Below are positions 38,240 to 48,900 of a DNA stretch of 64,000 nucleotides, one piece after another. Positions within the stretch are counted from its first letter, which is position 1. Every line of letters starts with the position of its first letter. This DNA comes from Candidatus Latescibacterota bacterium (GTDB lineage: Bacteria > Latescibacterota > UBA2968 > UBA8231), in assembly GCA_965248355.1 (NCBI GenBank), contig OZ252098.1, positions 3,040,001 to 3,104,000 of the forward strand, read 5' to 3'. Made by a program: the position numbers and the translations under genes. The notes under the pieces were generated by a model. It worked only from the letters and a program-made list of their open reading frames with translations, searched no databases and was not told the origin of the DNA.

Positions 38240-38581
38240 TCAGCCAACCCCGGGCGTCACCTGCTCCAGGTAGTCCACCAGCCGGCGCCGGGCCGGGCTG
38301 TCCCCGTGGATCTCAAGGCCCACCCGCGCCCACGTGAGGGGCGTGGTTCCGTGCTCGTCGTCCGCCGCCGTCGGATCGGCCCCGGCCTCGACGAGGAGTC
38401 GCGCCAGGCCGGCCGTGGCGCCCAGGTGCAGGGGCGTCTGGCCCATGTCGGCCCGGGCGTCGACCTCGGCGCCGCGGGCGATCAGGGCCGCCGCCAGGGC
38501 GCCGTGGGCCAGCAGGAGGCGCGCGACCTCGGGGGTCGCCGCGTGGTGCAGGGGCGGCGCCCCGTCCAGGGCCGGCGCCAT
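38240..38581 (-). pseudogene. Ankyrin-repeat protein remnant
   Basis: PPLHHA...LLLAHGA, GAEVDA..GQTPLH, GADP...GTTPL; the first repeat is fused directly to the tail of another. Confidence 0.7.
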
Positions 38582-38750
38582 CCCGCCGCTCGGAGCCGGG
38601 TTCGCGGGAAGGGTCGGAGGGGGGCATGGGGTCTTGCAGCGGGCCCGCGGAGAGCGCTGGCCAGGGGCCCGCAATCTACCGGACCGCCGGCGCCAGCGGC
38701 AAGGCCGCGGGTCTTGATGGTCCCCCGCCCTTCGGCGACTCTATCGCACC

Positions 38751-39281
38751 ATGAACCGCCCGGCCGCCGGACCCTGGCGGGAAATCGCCCGCCCCCTGCT
38801 CGACACCAGCGTGCACCCCCTGCGCTACGTCCTGCGCGCCTGGCCCCTGGCCATGGGGCCGACCTTCGCCATCGCCCTCTTCCTCTCCGTCCTCTTCCAC
38901 CTGCTCGGCCTGGACCCCCTCCCCGAGGACGACCCGTGGCGGGGCCTGGCGTCGATGCCGAAGGGCTGGCTCCTGCTCCAGGTCGTCCTCGTCGCGCCCC
39001 TGGCCGAGACCCTGCTCATGGCGCCCCTGCTGGCCCTGCTCATGCGCCTGTGGGGGGGCCGCCGGCTCCCGGCCGCCCTGTCCTCGGCGGCGGCGTGGGC
39101 CGTCTTGCACTCCCTGAGCGCCCTGCTCTGGGGGCTGTGCATCTTCTGGACCTTCTTCGTGTTCTCCACCGCCTGGCTGGCCTGGAGGCCGCGCTCCTTC
39201 CGGCACGCCTACTTCGTCACCGCCGGGATCCACGCCCTCCACAACGCCGTGGCCGGCCTGGGCCTGATGCTGGCCTGGTAG
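38751..39281 (+). CDS. CPBP/CAAX-protease-like (Abi) membrane protein
   Basis: Hydrophobic; APLAET (degenerate EExxxR), WAVLHS, IHALHN. Confidence 0.7.
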   Translation: MNRPAAGPWREIARPLLDTSVHPLRYVLRAWPLAMGPTFAIALFLSVLFHLLGLDPLPEDDPWRGLASMPKGWLLLQVVLVAPLAETLLMAPLLALLMRLWGGRRLPAALSSAAAWAVLHSLSALLWGLCIFWTFFVFSTAWLAWRPRSFRHAYFVTAGIHALHNAVAGLGLMLAW

Positions 39282-39353
39282 ACGGAGGGTGCCCCCGGGT
39301 ATAGCATTCGGCCCTGATTTAGTATCAGATCCTGAAGAGAGGGAGGTGCTCCC

Positions 39354-42300
39354 ATGAAAATCCGGAATTCGTTCCTCACCCGGAATTCGTTCATCACAAT
39401 GTTGGCCGGCGCGGCCCTGCTCTGGGCCGGACCCGCACAGGCCCAGGGAACGGGCGCGGTGGCCGCCACCGTGGTCGACGACGCCAGCGGACAGGCCCTG
39501 GAATCGGCCCTGGTCCACATCGAGGCCCTGGACCTCGGCGGCTTCTCCGGCGAGCAGGGACGGTTCAACCTCGACGAGGTGCCGGCCGGCGAGCACGAGT
39601 TGAAGGCCGAGCTGATCGGCTACTCGCAGGCCACCGTCACCGTGATGGTGCAGGCGGGGGAGACCACCGAGGTGGAGTTGCGCCTGGAACCCAGCGCCTT
39701 CCTCTTCGAGGCCATGGCGGTGACCGGCACCGCCTTCAAGGAGTCGCCCATCAACCTGCCCTACGCGGTGACCACGGCGAACCGGGCCAAGCTCAAGGAG
39801 CAGGGCTCGCCCCAGCCCGTCGACTTCTTCAAGAACCTGAGCGCCAGCCACGGCGTGATCGGCGAGCGGAGCAGTTGGTACAACGCCAACCAGGCCGCCA
39901 CCCTTTCCGAGAGCATCGCCAACGTCAACCTGCGCGGCCTGGGGGCCTCGCGGACCCTGGTGCTGTTCAACGGCCGCCGCCAGACCTACGTGCCCGCCCG
40001 CCTCATCGGCGGCCGCTTCGTCGACGTGAATTCCATCCCTTCCATCGCCCTGGACCGGGTCGAGGTGCTCAAGGAGGGGGCCGCGGCCATCTATGGTTCG
40101 GACGCGGTGGCCGGGGTCGCCAACTTCCTGACCCGCTCCGACTTCACGGGGTTCGAAGTCTCGGCCTCGCACGAGTATCTGGCCGGTGCGGGGGACAGCG
40201 ACGTCGGCGCGATTTGGGGCGGCCAACTCGGCGGGGCCCATGCGGTCGTGGCCGGGGAATGGCGAAAACGCGCGGAGTTGCCGTCCACCGAGAGGGACTA
40301 CCTGCTGCAGCCGTGGCACGGCAGCGGGCTGCCCGTCGGGCAGCGCCTCGGATGGTCGAGCCTGGGGAACCCGGGAACCTTCGCCGTCGGCGCTCCGGCT
40401 CCCTGGACGGCCGCCATCCACGCCCCGCAGTGCGAGCAGTTCGGCGGCTTCCGGGAGTCCTGGACCTGCCGCTTCCGCTATCAGCAGTACGAGAATCTGA
40501 TCGAGGAGATGAGCCATGTCCGTGCCTTTACCGAGATCAACGGTGCGCTGGACAATGGCACGGAGTATCACTTCGAGGGCCTGTGGGCCCAGGCGGAGAT
40601 TCCGAATTGGTACACCACCCCTTCGTACCCGCCCTTCCCACTGACGGACACCAGCATCATGGAGGTCGCGCCCGACCACCCGGGCCGGGAGGCCTTCTGC
40701 GAGGATTATGGTAGTACTCAGGACAGTGTTAGGGTCGGCGACAGGAACGTCAACTACTACAACGAATGCCAGGGCGGCGAGAACTGGTATTTCAACGGCC
40801 GCCCCTTCGGCAACTCGGGTCCCGGGCGCATTCTGGGCCGCGACTCCAGCACGTGGCGCGTGGCGGCTTCGGCGAATGGGGACTTCATGTCATTCGGCGG
40901 TCGAGAGACCCATTTCGATCTGGGTCTGTCCTATTCGCGCACCGAGGGCAACTACAACCTGCCGGGGGTGTACATCGAGCGGCTCTTCCTCGGCTTCCGC
41001 GGGTTCGGGGGCCCCGGCTGCGGCGTCGGCGTGGAGGCGGATCCCACCGACTTGGCCGGGATGCGGCTCGGCCCGCTCAACGGCCAGGTGGCCGGTCAGG
41101 ACGACTGCCAGTACTACAACCCCTTCGGCAATGCCATCGAGAACACGGATCAACATGGCTCGGATTTTGTAACCCAGAAGAATCCCTCATACAGCGCCGC
41201 CCTTGCCAACAGCCCCGAGCTGCGGCGCTGGCTGGCAGACAATGAAGTCGATCTGCAGAGCACCGCGGATGTGCTGGTGGCCGACGCGACGCTGACCGGA
41301 ACGTGGATCGAGAACGTGGCCAGCTACGCGGGCGGCTACCAGTTCCGTCTGCTCAATGCCAGCGGCGATCCCAACGACGAGGGGGACGTGACCATCAACC
41401 CCTGTCCGGTCGTGGGCGATATGAACTGCTCAGCCGAGGACAGGTTCGGGCCCTATGCGTTCACCAATGTGAATCGGCCCTATGATGAATCGCAGACGGT
41501 GCACCGCATCTTCGCCGAGATTCCTCTGAGCCTGGGGTCGCGCTTCGACACCCAGCTCGCCGCCAACTACGAGTTCCACGATGTGGCGAGCAGTTTCAAT
41601 CCCAAGTTCGGGGGGCGCTATCAGCTGGCCGAATCCTCCACCCAGTCCCTGTTTCTGCGCGGCTCGGTGCAGACGACGTTCCGCACGCCGTCGCTGGACG
41701 ATGTGAACGAAAGTCCGCTCTCGACGCTCGAGTGGATCAACGAGACGGGCGCCTATCAGACGGTGGACCGAATCGGGAGCAAGGACCTCAAGCCCGAACA
41801 GGCCTTCACCTACAATGCGGGCCTCGCCCTGATCACCGAGGCGGGCCATGAAGCGACCCTCGATTACTGGAGCTACGATTTCAGCGATGTCATCGGTGCC
41901 ATGCCGCACGGGGCCATCACGGCCCTGTATGATGCGAACACGGAAGCCCTGAAGCAGTTCATCGTCTGCCCGGACGGGGTCGGCAGCGGCACCTGCGCGG
42001 CCTCCGAGCTCGAGCGGGTGCGAGTCGATATCGTCAACTGGCCGGGGGTGAAGACCTCGGGAATCGACATGCACCTGGGCACGCGGATGCCCGCGGGCCC
42101 GGGCCAGGTCGCCGCCAGTCTGGACGGCAGCTATATCCTGGCGTACGAGACCAAGGCCTTGATGCTGGACGACCTGGTGCTGCAGGAGGCCGCTGACGCG
42201 GCCGGCTACCTGAACTTCGGCAATCCCATTGCGACCTCCCTGCCCAAGTTGAAGGGGAGGGCCTCGGGAGGCTATCACTGGCAGACCTACAGCTTCGTGA

Positions 42301-42578
42301 GCTACCTGAACTACATCTCCTCGTACGAGGACCGGGGATCGATGGGCTCCGACAATGCCGCCATCAAGGATCTGTTCGGTACCATCGACCCCTTCGTCAC
42401 CTTGGACCTGAGCGTCCTGTGGAGCCTCCCCAATGGCCTCAACATGGTGCTCTCGGGTATGAACCTGCTCGACACCCGGCCGCCCCTGGTCAACATCGAG
42501 CAGGCGTACGACGGCTTCACACACGATCCCAAGGGCCGGCGATTCAAGCTGTCCGTCACCTACGGATTCGGCGGCTGA
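39354..42578 (+). CDS. TonB-dependent receptor with N-terminal carboxypeptidase-regulatory-like domain
   Basis: Signal peptide; VTGT, plug NLRGLGASRTLVLFNGRR, VEVLKEGAAAIYGSDAVAGVANF, FRTPSL, LKPE, NLLD, C-terminal YGF; GGAGGT RBS. Confidence 0.95.
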   Translation: MKIRNSFLTRNSFITMLAGAALLWAGPAQAQGTGAVAATVVDDASGQALESALVHIEALDLGGFSGEQGRFNLDEVPAGEHELKAELIGYSQATVTVMVQAGETTEVELRLEPSAFLFEAMAVTGTAFKESPINLPYAVTTANRAKLKEQGSPQPVDFFKNLSASHGVIGERSSWYNANQAATLSESIANVNLRGLGASRTLVLFNGRRQTYVPARLIGGRFVDVNSIPSIALDRVEVLKEGAAAIYGSDAVAGVANFLTRSDFTGFEVSASHEYLAGAGDSDVGAIWGGQLGGAHAVVAGEWRKRAELPSTERDYLLQPWHGSGLPVGQRLGWSSLGNPGTFAVGAPAPWTAAIHAPQCEQFGGFRESWTCRFRYQQYENLIEEMSHVRAFTEINGALDNGTEYHFEGLWAQAEIPNWYTTPSYPPFPLTDTSIMEVAPDHPGREAFCEDYGSTQDSVRVGDRNVNYYNECQGGENWYFNGRPFGNSGPGRILGRDSSTWRVAASANGDFMSFGGRETHFDLGLSYSRTEGNYNLPGVYIERLFLGFRGFGGPGCGVGVEADPTDLAGMRLGPLNGQVAGQDDCQYYNPFGNAIENTDQHGSDFVTQKNPSYSAALANSPELRRWLADNEVDLQSTADVLVADATLTGTWIENVASYAGGYQFRLLNASGDPNDEGDVTINPCPVVGDMNCSAEDRFGPYAFTNVNRPYDESQTVHRIFAEIPLSLGSRFDTQLAANYEFHDVASSFNPKFGGRYQLAESSTQSLFLRGSVQTTFRTPSLDDVNESPLSTLEWINETGAYQTVDRIGSKDLKPEQAFTYNAGLALITEAGHEATLDYWSYDFSDVIGAMPHGAITALYDANTEALKQFIVCPDGVGSGTCAASELERVRVDIVNWPGVKTSGIDMHLGTRMPAGPGQVAASLDGSYILAYETKALMLDDLVLQEAADAAGYLNFGNPIATSLPKLKGRASGGYHWQTYSFVSYLNYISSYEDRGSMGSDNAAIKDLFGTIDPFVTLDLSVLWSLPNGLNMVLSGMNLLDTRPPLVNIEQAYDGFTHDPKGRRFKLSVTYGFGG

Positions 42579-42582
42579 CCCC

Positions 42583-43704
42583 ATGAGCGGCGGTAGGGCC
42601 CGGGCCGGCGGGGTTGTCCTCGCCGTCCTGGGCGCCGCTGCCGCCTGTCCTGCCAACCCTGCGGGTGACCTGGAGCCCGAGCCCATGGTCATCATCATCG
42701 ACGTCAAGCCGCTGCAGCCCCACAAGGGCACCACCCTCGCCTCCAGTCTGCATCCCCTGATGCGGACCATCGGTCCCGAGTGGACCATGGCGCGCCTCCA
42801 GGGCGTCCTGGGCCACGCCTTCCAGTTCGCGATGGAGGAAGGGGGCGCCATGGTCTACCACGACAACCTCGACTGGAGCCTGGCCCTGGACCTGTTGCCC
42901 GAGCTGGCCAGCTTCCGGGCGTACGAGGCCAACCAGGAAAAGGTGGCCGCCGATCTGCCGGCGTTGAAGGCCGAGGCCAGGGATGCCGCCGTATCGAGCC
43001 TGGAGCGGGGGATCCCGGCCCTGGCGTGGCAGCCCATGAGCCTCGAGCAGAAGGGGAGCGATCACCCCGCCCACCACGCCTACTGCTGGGGGCTCATCGT
43101 CGGCTACGACCCCGAGGCGGAGACCTACACCATCCGTCACCCCTTCGTCTCCGTGGACTATGTCGTGCGCTACGACGCCCTCGGCCCCGCCGACCCCGGT
43201 GGGTGGTTCAACGTGACCGTCTTCGAGGGGCCCACCGAGGCGGACGAGAAGGCGACGCACCTCCTGGCGCTGCGCAACGCCCTCGCCTTTGCGGAGGGCA
43301 CGCGGTTCGAGCAGGCCGGCCGTCCCCAGACGCGGCCCCAGGGCTTCGCCGCCTACGAGACCTGGAGCGCCGCCTTCGAGTCCGGGGACATGGTCAACCT
43401 TCCCACGCGCCATCACGCCAAGATCCTGACATGGCGGCGGGAGCTCGCCGCCGACTACATGCGCGAGCTGACCGGCCTGCTGCCGGAAGCGGCGGAACCG
43501 CTCCAAGCGGCGGCCGCTGACTACGACCGTGAGCACGAGTCCCTGCAGGCCCTGTCGGCCCTCGTTGAGGATGCCCATGGCCGTGGCGCGTACACCGACG
43601 ACGAGCGCGCCGAGTCCCGCCGGCTGATCGGTGAGGCCCTGGAGGCGGACCGGGCGGCCGTGAGCCGGATCGAGGCGGCCCTGGCGATCCTGGACGAGTC
43701 GTAA
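42583..43704 (+). CDS. Hypothetical protein, possible lipoprotein
   Basis: GC3-rich frame 4 bp after the receptor stop; VVLAVLGAAAAC lipobox-like N-terminus; WGLIVGYD and GFAAYETW motifs. Confidence 0.65.
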   Translation: MSGGRARAGGVVLAVLGAAAACPANPAGDLEPEPMVIIIDVKPLQPHKGTTLASSLHPLMRTIGPEWTMARLQGVLGHAFQFAMEEGGAMVYHDNLDWSLALDLLPELASFRAYEANQEKVAADLPALKAEARDAAVSSLERGIPALAWQPMSLEQKGSDHPAHHAYCWGLIVGYDPEAETYTIRHPFVSVDYVVRYDALGPADPGGWFNVTVFEGPTEADEKATHLLALRNALAFAEGTRFEQAGRPQTRPQGFAAYETWSAAFESGDMVNLPTRHHAKILTWRRELAADYMRELTGLLPEAAEPLQAAAADYDREHESLQALSALVEDAHGRGAYTDDERAESRRLIGEALEADRAAVSRIEAALAILDES

Positions 43705-43861
43705 CACCGCACCCCCGCTCTCCGCCTTCTCCCAATACGCCAGCGTCTCCCTCGCCGTCTGAGACACCGCGCCCGGGCCGGGCTTTCGCGTTCCGGCGCC
43801 CGGCCTGCCTCTTGCCAAGGTCCACCTTGGCCTGCTCCTTCGCCAAAGGGGGCCATTGAGT

Positions 43862-43891
43862 CCCGGGACTCTCCGGGACTCTCCGGGTCTC
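43862..43891. repeat. Short tandem repeat (CCGGGACTCT x about 3)
   Basis: CCCGGGACTCTCCGGGACTCTCCGGGTCTC in the intergenic region upstream of the M6 protease gene. Confidence 0.6.
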
Positions 43892-44029
43892 GGCCCGGAA
43901 CAGCCCTCCATCAAGCCATGCGACAGGGCCTCGCATGGCCGGGCCGTCTCCCCGTCGTTGAGCCTGGACGGGGGGCGGCCCCCTCTATCCCGAACCCGAC
44001 CCGGGGCGCCTTCGTGAGCGCGATCATCA

Positions 44030-47000
44030 GTGGAGTGTGAGGCGGTTTGCCGCCGCCCCGGCCGCAGGGGACGGCGGAGAGCTCTCTGGTTCCTGGTGAG
44101 CACCCTGGCCGTCTCCGTCCAGGCCTCCGACGCCGTCTCTCGCTTCATCTGCGCCGAGGCCCTGTCCGCGGCCGCGAGCCCGGCCCAGCCGATCCCGCCT
44201 CCCCGCGCCAAGGCCGCCGCCAGCAGCTCCCTCTCGAAGGTCACCGCCCTTGTGGTGTTCACCGGTTTCCGGGGTCAGCAGGACGGCCTGCCCTCCTGGG
44301 CCGAGTCCCTCTTCGACCCGGACCTTCCCGGCAGCGTCAGCCACTTCTATCGGGAGATGTCCTTCGGCCGTCTGACCCTCCAAGGGACCGTGGCGCCCCG
44401 GCGCTACCTCGCCTCCGGCCGCGCGGCCGACTACACCTCGCGCGGTCCCGGGGAGTTCGGCCGCTATGCGGACTTCGTGCAGGAGATCCTGCGCCAGGTA
44501 GACGACGACCTGGATCTGGCCGGGTTCGACGACGACGGGCCCGACGGGCAGCCGGACTCCGGCGACGACGACGGGGAGGTGGACCTGATCGTCGTCCTCA
44601 CACCCTTCCTGCCGCCCAACTTTCTCCTCGGGGGCGCCTCCGGGATCCGCGACCTGGGACTCCACGAGGCCGTGGCCACCTCCGATCCCGGCCACAACGG
44701 AGAGCCGATCGTCTATCGCACCGGCCTGGTCGCCCAGGGCCGCACTCTCGGCGAGGCGGCTGGTATCGTCGCCCACGAGCTGGGGCACACCCCCTTCGGG
44801 CTGCCCGACCTCTACAACGTGGCCTATCTCACCCAGGAGGGGCCGCGCGACCCGGCGGAGGATTCGGCGGGCATCGGCAACTGGGGCCTCATGGGCCGGG
44901 GGGCCCTCGGCTGGGGGGGCGACGACGGCCCCGTGAGCTTCTCCGCGTGGAGCCGCCTCCGCCTCGGCTGGGCCCAGGTCACCGAGGTCGCCAGCGCGTC
45001 CCGGCGCATCGTCCTGCGGGACGTGGCCGAGACGGGGGAACTCGTGAGGATCCCCGCCGGCGCCGAGGAGTACTTCCTGCTCGAATACCGGACCCGCTCC
45101 TCCTGGTACGACCGGGGGATCCCGGCCGAAGGTCTGCTCATCTGGCACGTCATGAGCAACCGCACCGGCGAGGTCACCAAGGTTCACTGGCAGGTCGATC
45201 TGGAGTCCGCCGACGGCCGCTGGAAGGAGGGCGGCTTCCCTGTCGGCCGGACGCCCGATCCCCTCGGCGGCGGGGACAACCTCGACTTCTGGGCCCATGA
45301 CGACGACTACGCCAGGTCCCATGCGGGCAACCTCGGGGACGCCACCGATGTCTTCGGTCCCGCCGGGCGCACGCAGTTCACGGCCGCCACGAACCCGAGC
45401 TCGGCCGACCGGGAGGGCCGGAGCACCTTCGCCATCACCGCCATCGAGCTGACGGAGCGGGGCGTCGAGGCCCAGGTCGAGATCGATGGGCCGCGCATCG
45501 AATTCGAGGGTTTCACGGTGCAGGACCAGACCGGGGACGGCGTCCTCGTGGCCGGCGAGGAGGCCCTCCTGCTCTTCGACCCCGTCAACCACGGCGGACT
45601 TCCGGCCCGCGGCGTCATCCTGACCCTGGAGTCTGTGGACGGCCTGCTCACGGTCACGCCGGAGCGCCACGAGCTGCCCGATTTGCTGCCGGACGTCCAC
45701 CATCTGGGAGGCGCCTTCGAGACCCCGCCCCGGATCGTGGTCTCCACGGACTTCGCCTCCGCGCAGGTGGCCCGGTTGCGGCTCACCGCCCTCGCCGGCG
45801 CCGACACCCTCGGCCGGCAGGACCTGCGGATCCCCGTGATCTGCGCCCGGCAGGTGGATGTCGACTGGGAGGTGCGGGACGGGCAGGGCACGGACCGCAT
45901 CGATCCCGGGGACTTCTTTCGGGTGGACCTGCGGCTCGGCTCGACGGAGCCCGATCTGCTGCCGGCGCTGAGCTTCTATCTGTCCAGTCCCAGCGAGGCC
46001 GCCCTGCGGGTGACCGACGGGGCCGTCCGCTTCACCGCCGAGGGCGAGCAGAGCGCCCGCAGCTCGAGATCGCCGGAGTTCCTGGCCCTGGCCGGGGCCG
46101 CCGGGACCGAGCTGCCCTTCGTGCTGGAGGTGCGCACCCGGTTCCAGGTGTGGACGGACACCGCCGCCTTTGCGGTCACCCGGCGGCCGGACGTGACCCC
46201 GCCGAGGGTGCAGCACGTGCGGCTCTCCCCGGGCCTCGAGGGCCTGATCGTCCAGGTGCGCCGGCGCCACATCCTCGAGGGCGGCGAGATCCGCCGCGTG
46301 TCGGCCCGGATCCACGGCCTGCCCGACTCCGCGCTGGCCGCCGACCTGCCCATGGTCGAACGGGACGCCGTGTACGAGGCCCGATGGGCGGGACCCGCCG
46401 GCACGTACTCGGTCACCGTCGTGGTGGAGGACGGCGACGGGAATGTCGGCGAGAGCGAGGCCTCGCGCATCGAGATCGGAGCCGGCGGCGAGCCACCCCG
46501 TGGGGTGGAACCCGGGGGGCCGGGCCCCGGCGTCGAGCCCCGCCTGGCCGGGGACTGGAGGACCGAGGGACCGGCGGGGCGGCTGCAGGCCGCTCTGCGG
46601 CAGATCCACGCCTCCCGGGGCGGGGCTTGGTACGGCCGGACGAGGTGGCGCGTGTGGCGGTCTCCCGACCAAGGGGCCTCCTGGCAGCCCACCCCCTTCC
46701 TGCTCCCGGGCCGCCACAGGGGTCTCGACGGTTTCGGTTTCATCGATGTGGCCAGTACAGTCCACGGCGACGTGGAAGATCCCCTGACCGCCTACGTCGT
46801 CGAGGGAGGCGCCCTCGCCAACGGCGGGTTCAAGGGAGTCTTCGCGACCCTTGACGGGGGGGCCACATGGTCGTCCGTGCCCTTGCCCGAGGGCGTGGAC
46901 GCCGCCTTCGTCGACCGGCACCTCCCGGACCGGCTCTACGCCGCATCGGACGGGGTCATTCTGGTCTCCGACAACGGGGGACGGAGGTGGACGGAGTTTC

Positions 47001-48793
47001 CCGTCGAGGGACGCCCGCTGGGTGTCTGGTCCCACCCGGCCGATCCGGGCAGGACCTATGCCTGGGTGGACTCCGCGGCAGGGCGGGGCCGGCTCTGGCG
47101 GCTCGACGAGGTCGGCGCAAGAGCCGTCGGCACCAGTCCCGTCCTCTTTACCTGGGTCCTTCCCGTTCCGGATCCCTGGATCCCGGGAGGGTTCTACATG
47201 CCCCTGTGGGACGAGCTGTTGCACACTTCGGATGAGGGAGCCACCTGGCGGGTCCTGGAGGTGGACGTGGGGAGCTACATCGCGGGCCTGGCCGTCTCGG
47301 ACTCCGAACCCGGACTGATCTACGCGCACAGTGAGAGACTCCTGTTCCGCAGTCACGACGGCGGTGAGACGTGGCAGGGGACCGGGGCTCGATTCGATCG
47401 GTCCGACAATGTGGAGAGCGTGAGCACCTTCGGTCCTTCCGGCCTGCTGATCCAGACTCGGGGAGGCGTGTACGTCTCCACCAACGGGGGCGAAGCGGCC
47501 GTTCCGGTCACGGTCGAGGAGGTCCGACCACCGGCCGGTACCCTGTGGTTCGACGAGTTGGACCGCCTGCACGTGGCCACCCTCCAGTCGAGGGACGGCG
47601 AGCGGTACATGGGCCTCTACCGACAGGACAAGGGCGCCTGGCAGTGGCTGGAGAGCTGGAGGTACTACTCCTTCCTGACGGGGCCCTACGAAGTCGTCTT
47701 CCAGGACCCCTGGGCCGGCGAGGTGCTGATCGCCAACTTTGCCGGCACCACCGGCTACCTGCGCAGCCCCACCGGCGGGGCCACCTGGGAACCCCTGGAG
47801 AGCAACGGAACAATCGGCTCACCCCATGTCGTCAACCCCTTCCTCCCGCGCCCCTCCATCTTTGCCGACCCGTGGAGGCCCGGCGTCATCTACTTGGCGG
47901 ACGCGGGTCTGTGGATGAGCTCGGACCACGGTGAGAGCTGGGAGAGGATGGGACCCTACGCCGATCGCGAGGATCTGACAGGCCGCGGGCAGCCCGGGAG
48001 CCTCCTGCGCCCCGGGGGGGGGCTGCTGGCTTCCCAGGACTCCCTGGCCGTCCTCTACGGCGACTCCCTCTGGGTGGGCCACAAGGATGGCTGGGACTGG
48101 AGGGCGGTGGGCCGGCTCGAGCCCGGGGTATCGGGTCTGGACCTGGCCCGGCATCCGGACGAGCCCGGCGTCCTCTACGCGGCAGCCAACAGGGGGTGCT
48201 TCGTCTCCGGCGACGGGGGGCGGACCTGGCGCCGGGTCCTGGAGCCCCGGAGGGGGTGGTGGAAGACGGCGCGCCTCCGCGGCCACCCGCGCGACGCCGA
48301 CGCCCTCTACCTGGCCGCCGACCGCGAGCTGTATCACAGCCCCGACCGCGGCGCCACCTGGCGCGCCCTCGATCCAGGCTATCCCGGGGTCCCGTGGATC
48401 AACGACGTGGCCGTCGATCCCCTCGACCCGTCGACCCTATACGTGGCCACGAGCGTCGGCCTGTTCTCCATCGAACATGCGCCGACGGCGATCGCCGGGG
48501 ACCTGACGGTGCCAGGGTCGTCGGAGCTGATGAGGAGCTACCCCAATCCCTTCAACGCGAGCACCCTCATCCCCTTCCGGCTGGGGGCCACCGGCCGGGT
48601 GAGGATCGACATCTTCAACCTGCTCGGGCAGCGGGTCCGCCGGCTCCTCGACGAGCCTCGCGCCACGGGCGTCCACCGGGTGCGCTGGGACGGCACCGGC
48701 GACCGGGGGTCCCTGGTAGGCAGCGGCCTCTACTTCTACCGGCTCACCACCGGCGATGTCGCCGAGACCCGGCGCTGCATGCTGGTCCGGTGA
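44030..48793 (+). CDS. Secreted M6-family (immune inhibitor A-like) metalloprotease with BNR/Vps10-like propellers and PNPFN tail
   Basis: YREMSFG, HELGHTPFGLPDLY, WGLMGRG, SAWSRLRLGW, EYFLLEYR, GLLIWH; many S.DGG.TW boxes; SYPNPFN...FNLLGQRVR...WDG...SGLYFYRL. Start codon uncertain. Confidence 0.88.
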   Translation: MECEAVCRRPGRRGRRRALWFLVSTLAVSVQASDAVSRFICAEALSAAASPAQPIPPPRAKAAASSSLSKVTALVVFTGFRGQQDGLPSWAESLFDPDLPGSVSHFYREMSFGRLTLQGTVAPRRYLASGRAADYTSRGPGEFGRYADFVQEILRQVDDDLDLAGFDDDGPDGQPDSGDDDGEVDLIVVLTPFLPPNFLLGGASGIRDLGLHEAVATSDPGHNGEPIVYRTGLVAQGRTLGEAAGIVAHELGHTPFGLPDLYNVAYLTQEGPRDPAEDSAGIGNWGLMGRGALGWGGDDGPVSFSAWSRLRLGWAQVTEVASASRRIVLRDVAETGELVRIPAGAEEYFLLEYRTRSSWYDRGIPAEGLLIWHVMSNRTGEVTKVHWQVDLESADGRWKEGGFPVGRTPDPLGGGDNLDFWAHDDDYARSHAGNLGDATDVFGPAGRTQFTAATNPSSADREGRSTFAITAIELTERGVEAQVEIDGPRIEFEGFTVQDQTGDGVLVAGEEALLLFDPVNHGGLPARGVILTLESVDGLLTVTPERHELPDLLPDVHHLGGAFETPPRIVVSTDFASAQVARLRLTALAGADTLGRQDLRIPVICARQVDVDWEVRDGQGTDRIDPGDFFRVDLRLGSTEPDLLPALSFYLSSPSEAALRVTDGAVRFTAEGEQSARSSRSPEFLALAGAAGTELPFVLEVRTRFQVWTDTAAFAVTRRPDVTPPRVQHVRLSPGLEGLIVQVRRRHILEGGEIRRVSARIHGLPDSALAADLPMVERDAVYEARWAGPAGTYSVTVVVEDGDGNVGESEASRIEIGAGGEPPRGVEPGGPGPGVEPRLAGDWRTEGPAGRLQAALRQIHASRGGAWYGRTRWRVWRSPDQGASWQPTPFLLPGRHRGLDGFGFIDVASTVHGDVEDPLTAYVVEGGALANGGFKGVFATLDGGATWSSVPLPEGVDAAFVDRHLPDRLYAASDGVILVSDNGGRRWTEFPVEGRPLGVWSHPADPGRTYAWVDSAAGRGRLWRLDEVGARAVGTSPVLFTWVLPVPDPWIPGGFYMPLWDELLHTSDEGATWRVLEVDVGSYIAGLAVSDSEPGLIYAHSERLLFRSHDGGETWQGTGARFDRSDNVESVSTFGPSGLLIQTRGGVYVSTNGGEAAVPVTVEEVRPPAGTLWFDELDRLHVATLQSRDGERYMGLYRQDKGAWQWLESWRYYSFLTGPYEVVFQDPWAGEVLIANFAGTTGYLRSPTGGATWEPLESNGTIGSPHVVNPFLPRPSIFADPWRPGVIYLADAGLWMSSDHGESWERMGPYADREDLTGRGQPGSLLRPGGGLLASQDSLAVLYGDSLWVGHKDGWDWRAVGRLEPGVSGLDLARHPDEPGVLYAAANRGCFVSGDGGRTWRRVLEPRRGWWKTARLRGHPRDADALYLAADRELYHSPDRGATWRALDPGYPGVPWINDVAVDPLDPSTLYVATSVGLFSIEHAPTAIAGDLTVPGSSELMRSYPNPFNASTLIPFRLGATGRVRIDIFNLLGQRVRRLLDEPRATGVHRVRWDGTGDRGSLVGSGLYFYRLTTGDVAETRRCMLVR

Positions 48794-48843
48794 GCCCGGC
48801 GGGATGCCACGCCCAGGCGGCGCCGGTGCCCCGCCCGACCGAT

Positions 48844-48860
48844 TGATTGCATCGCAATCA
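48844..48860. promoter_or_regulatory. Palindromic operator of the toxin-antitoxin operon
   Basis: TGATTGC-ATC-GCAATCA perfect inverted repeat 40 bp upstream of the antitoxin ATG. Confidence 0.65.
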
Positions 48861-48900
48861 TTACGTAGCTTGGGCTCCCAGGCAAACAGGGAGCCGACTC

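Noticed and set aside
43705..43780. Minus-strand peptide QTARETLAYWEK resembling an epimerase C-terminus
   Set aside because: Too short, with no supporting upstream frame.
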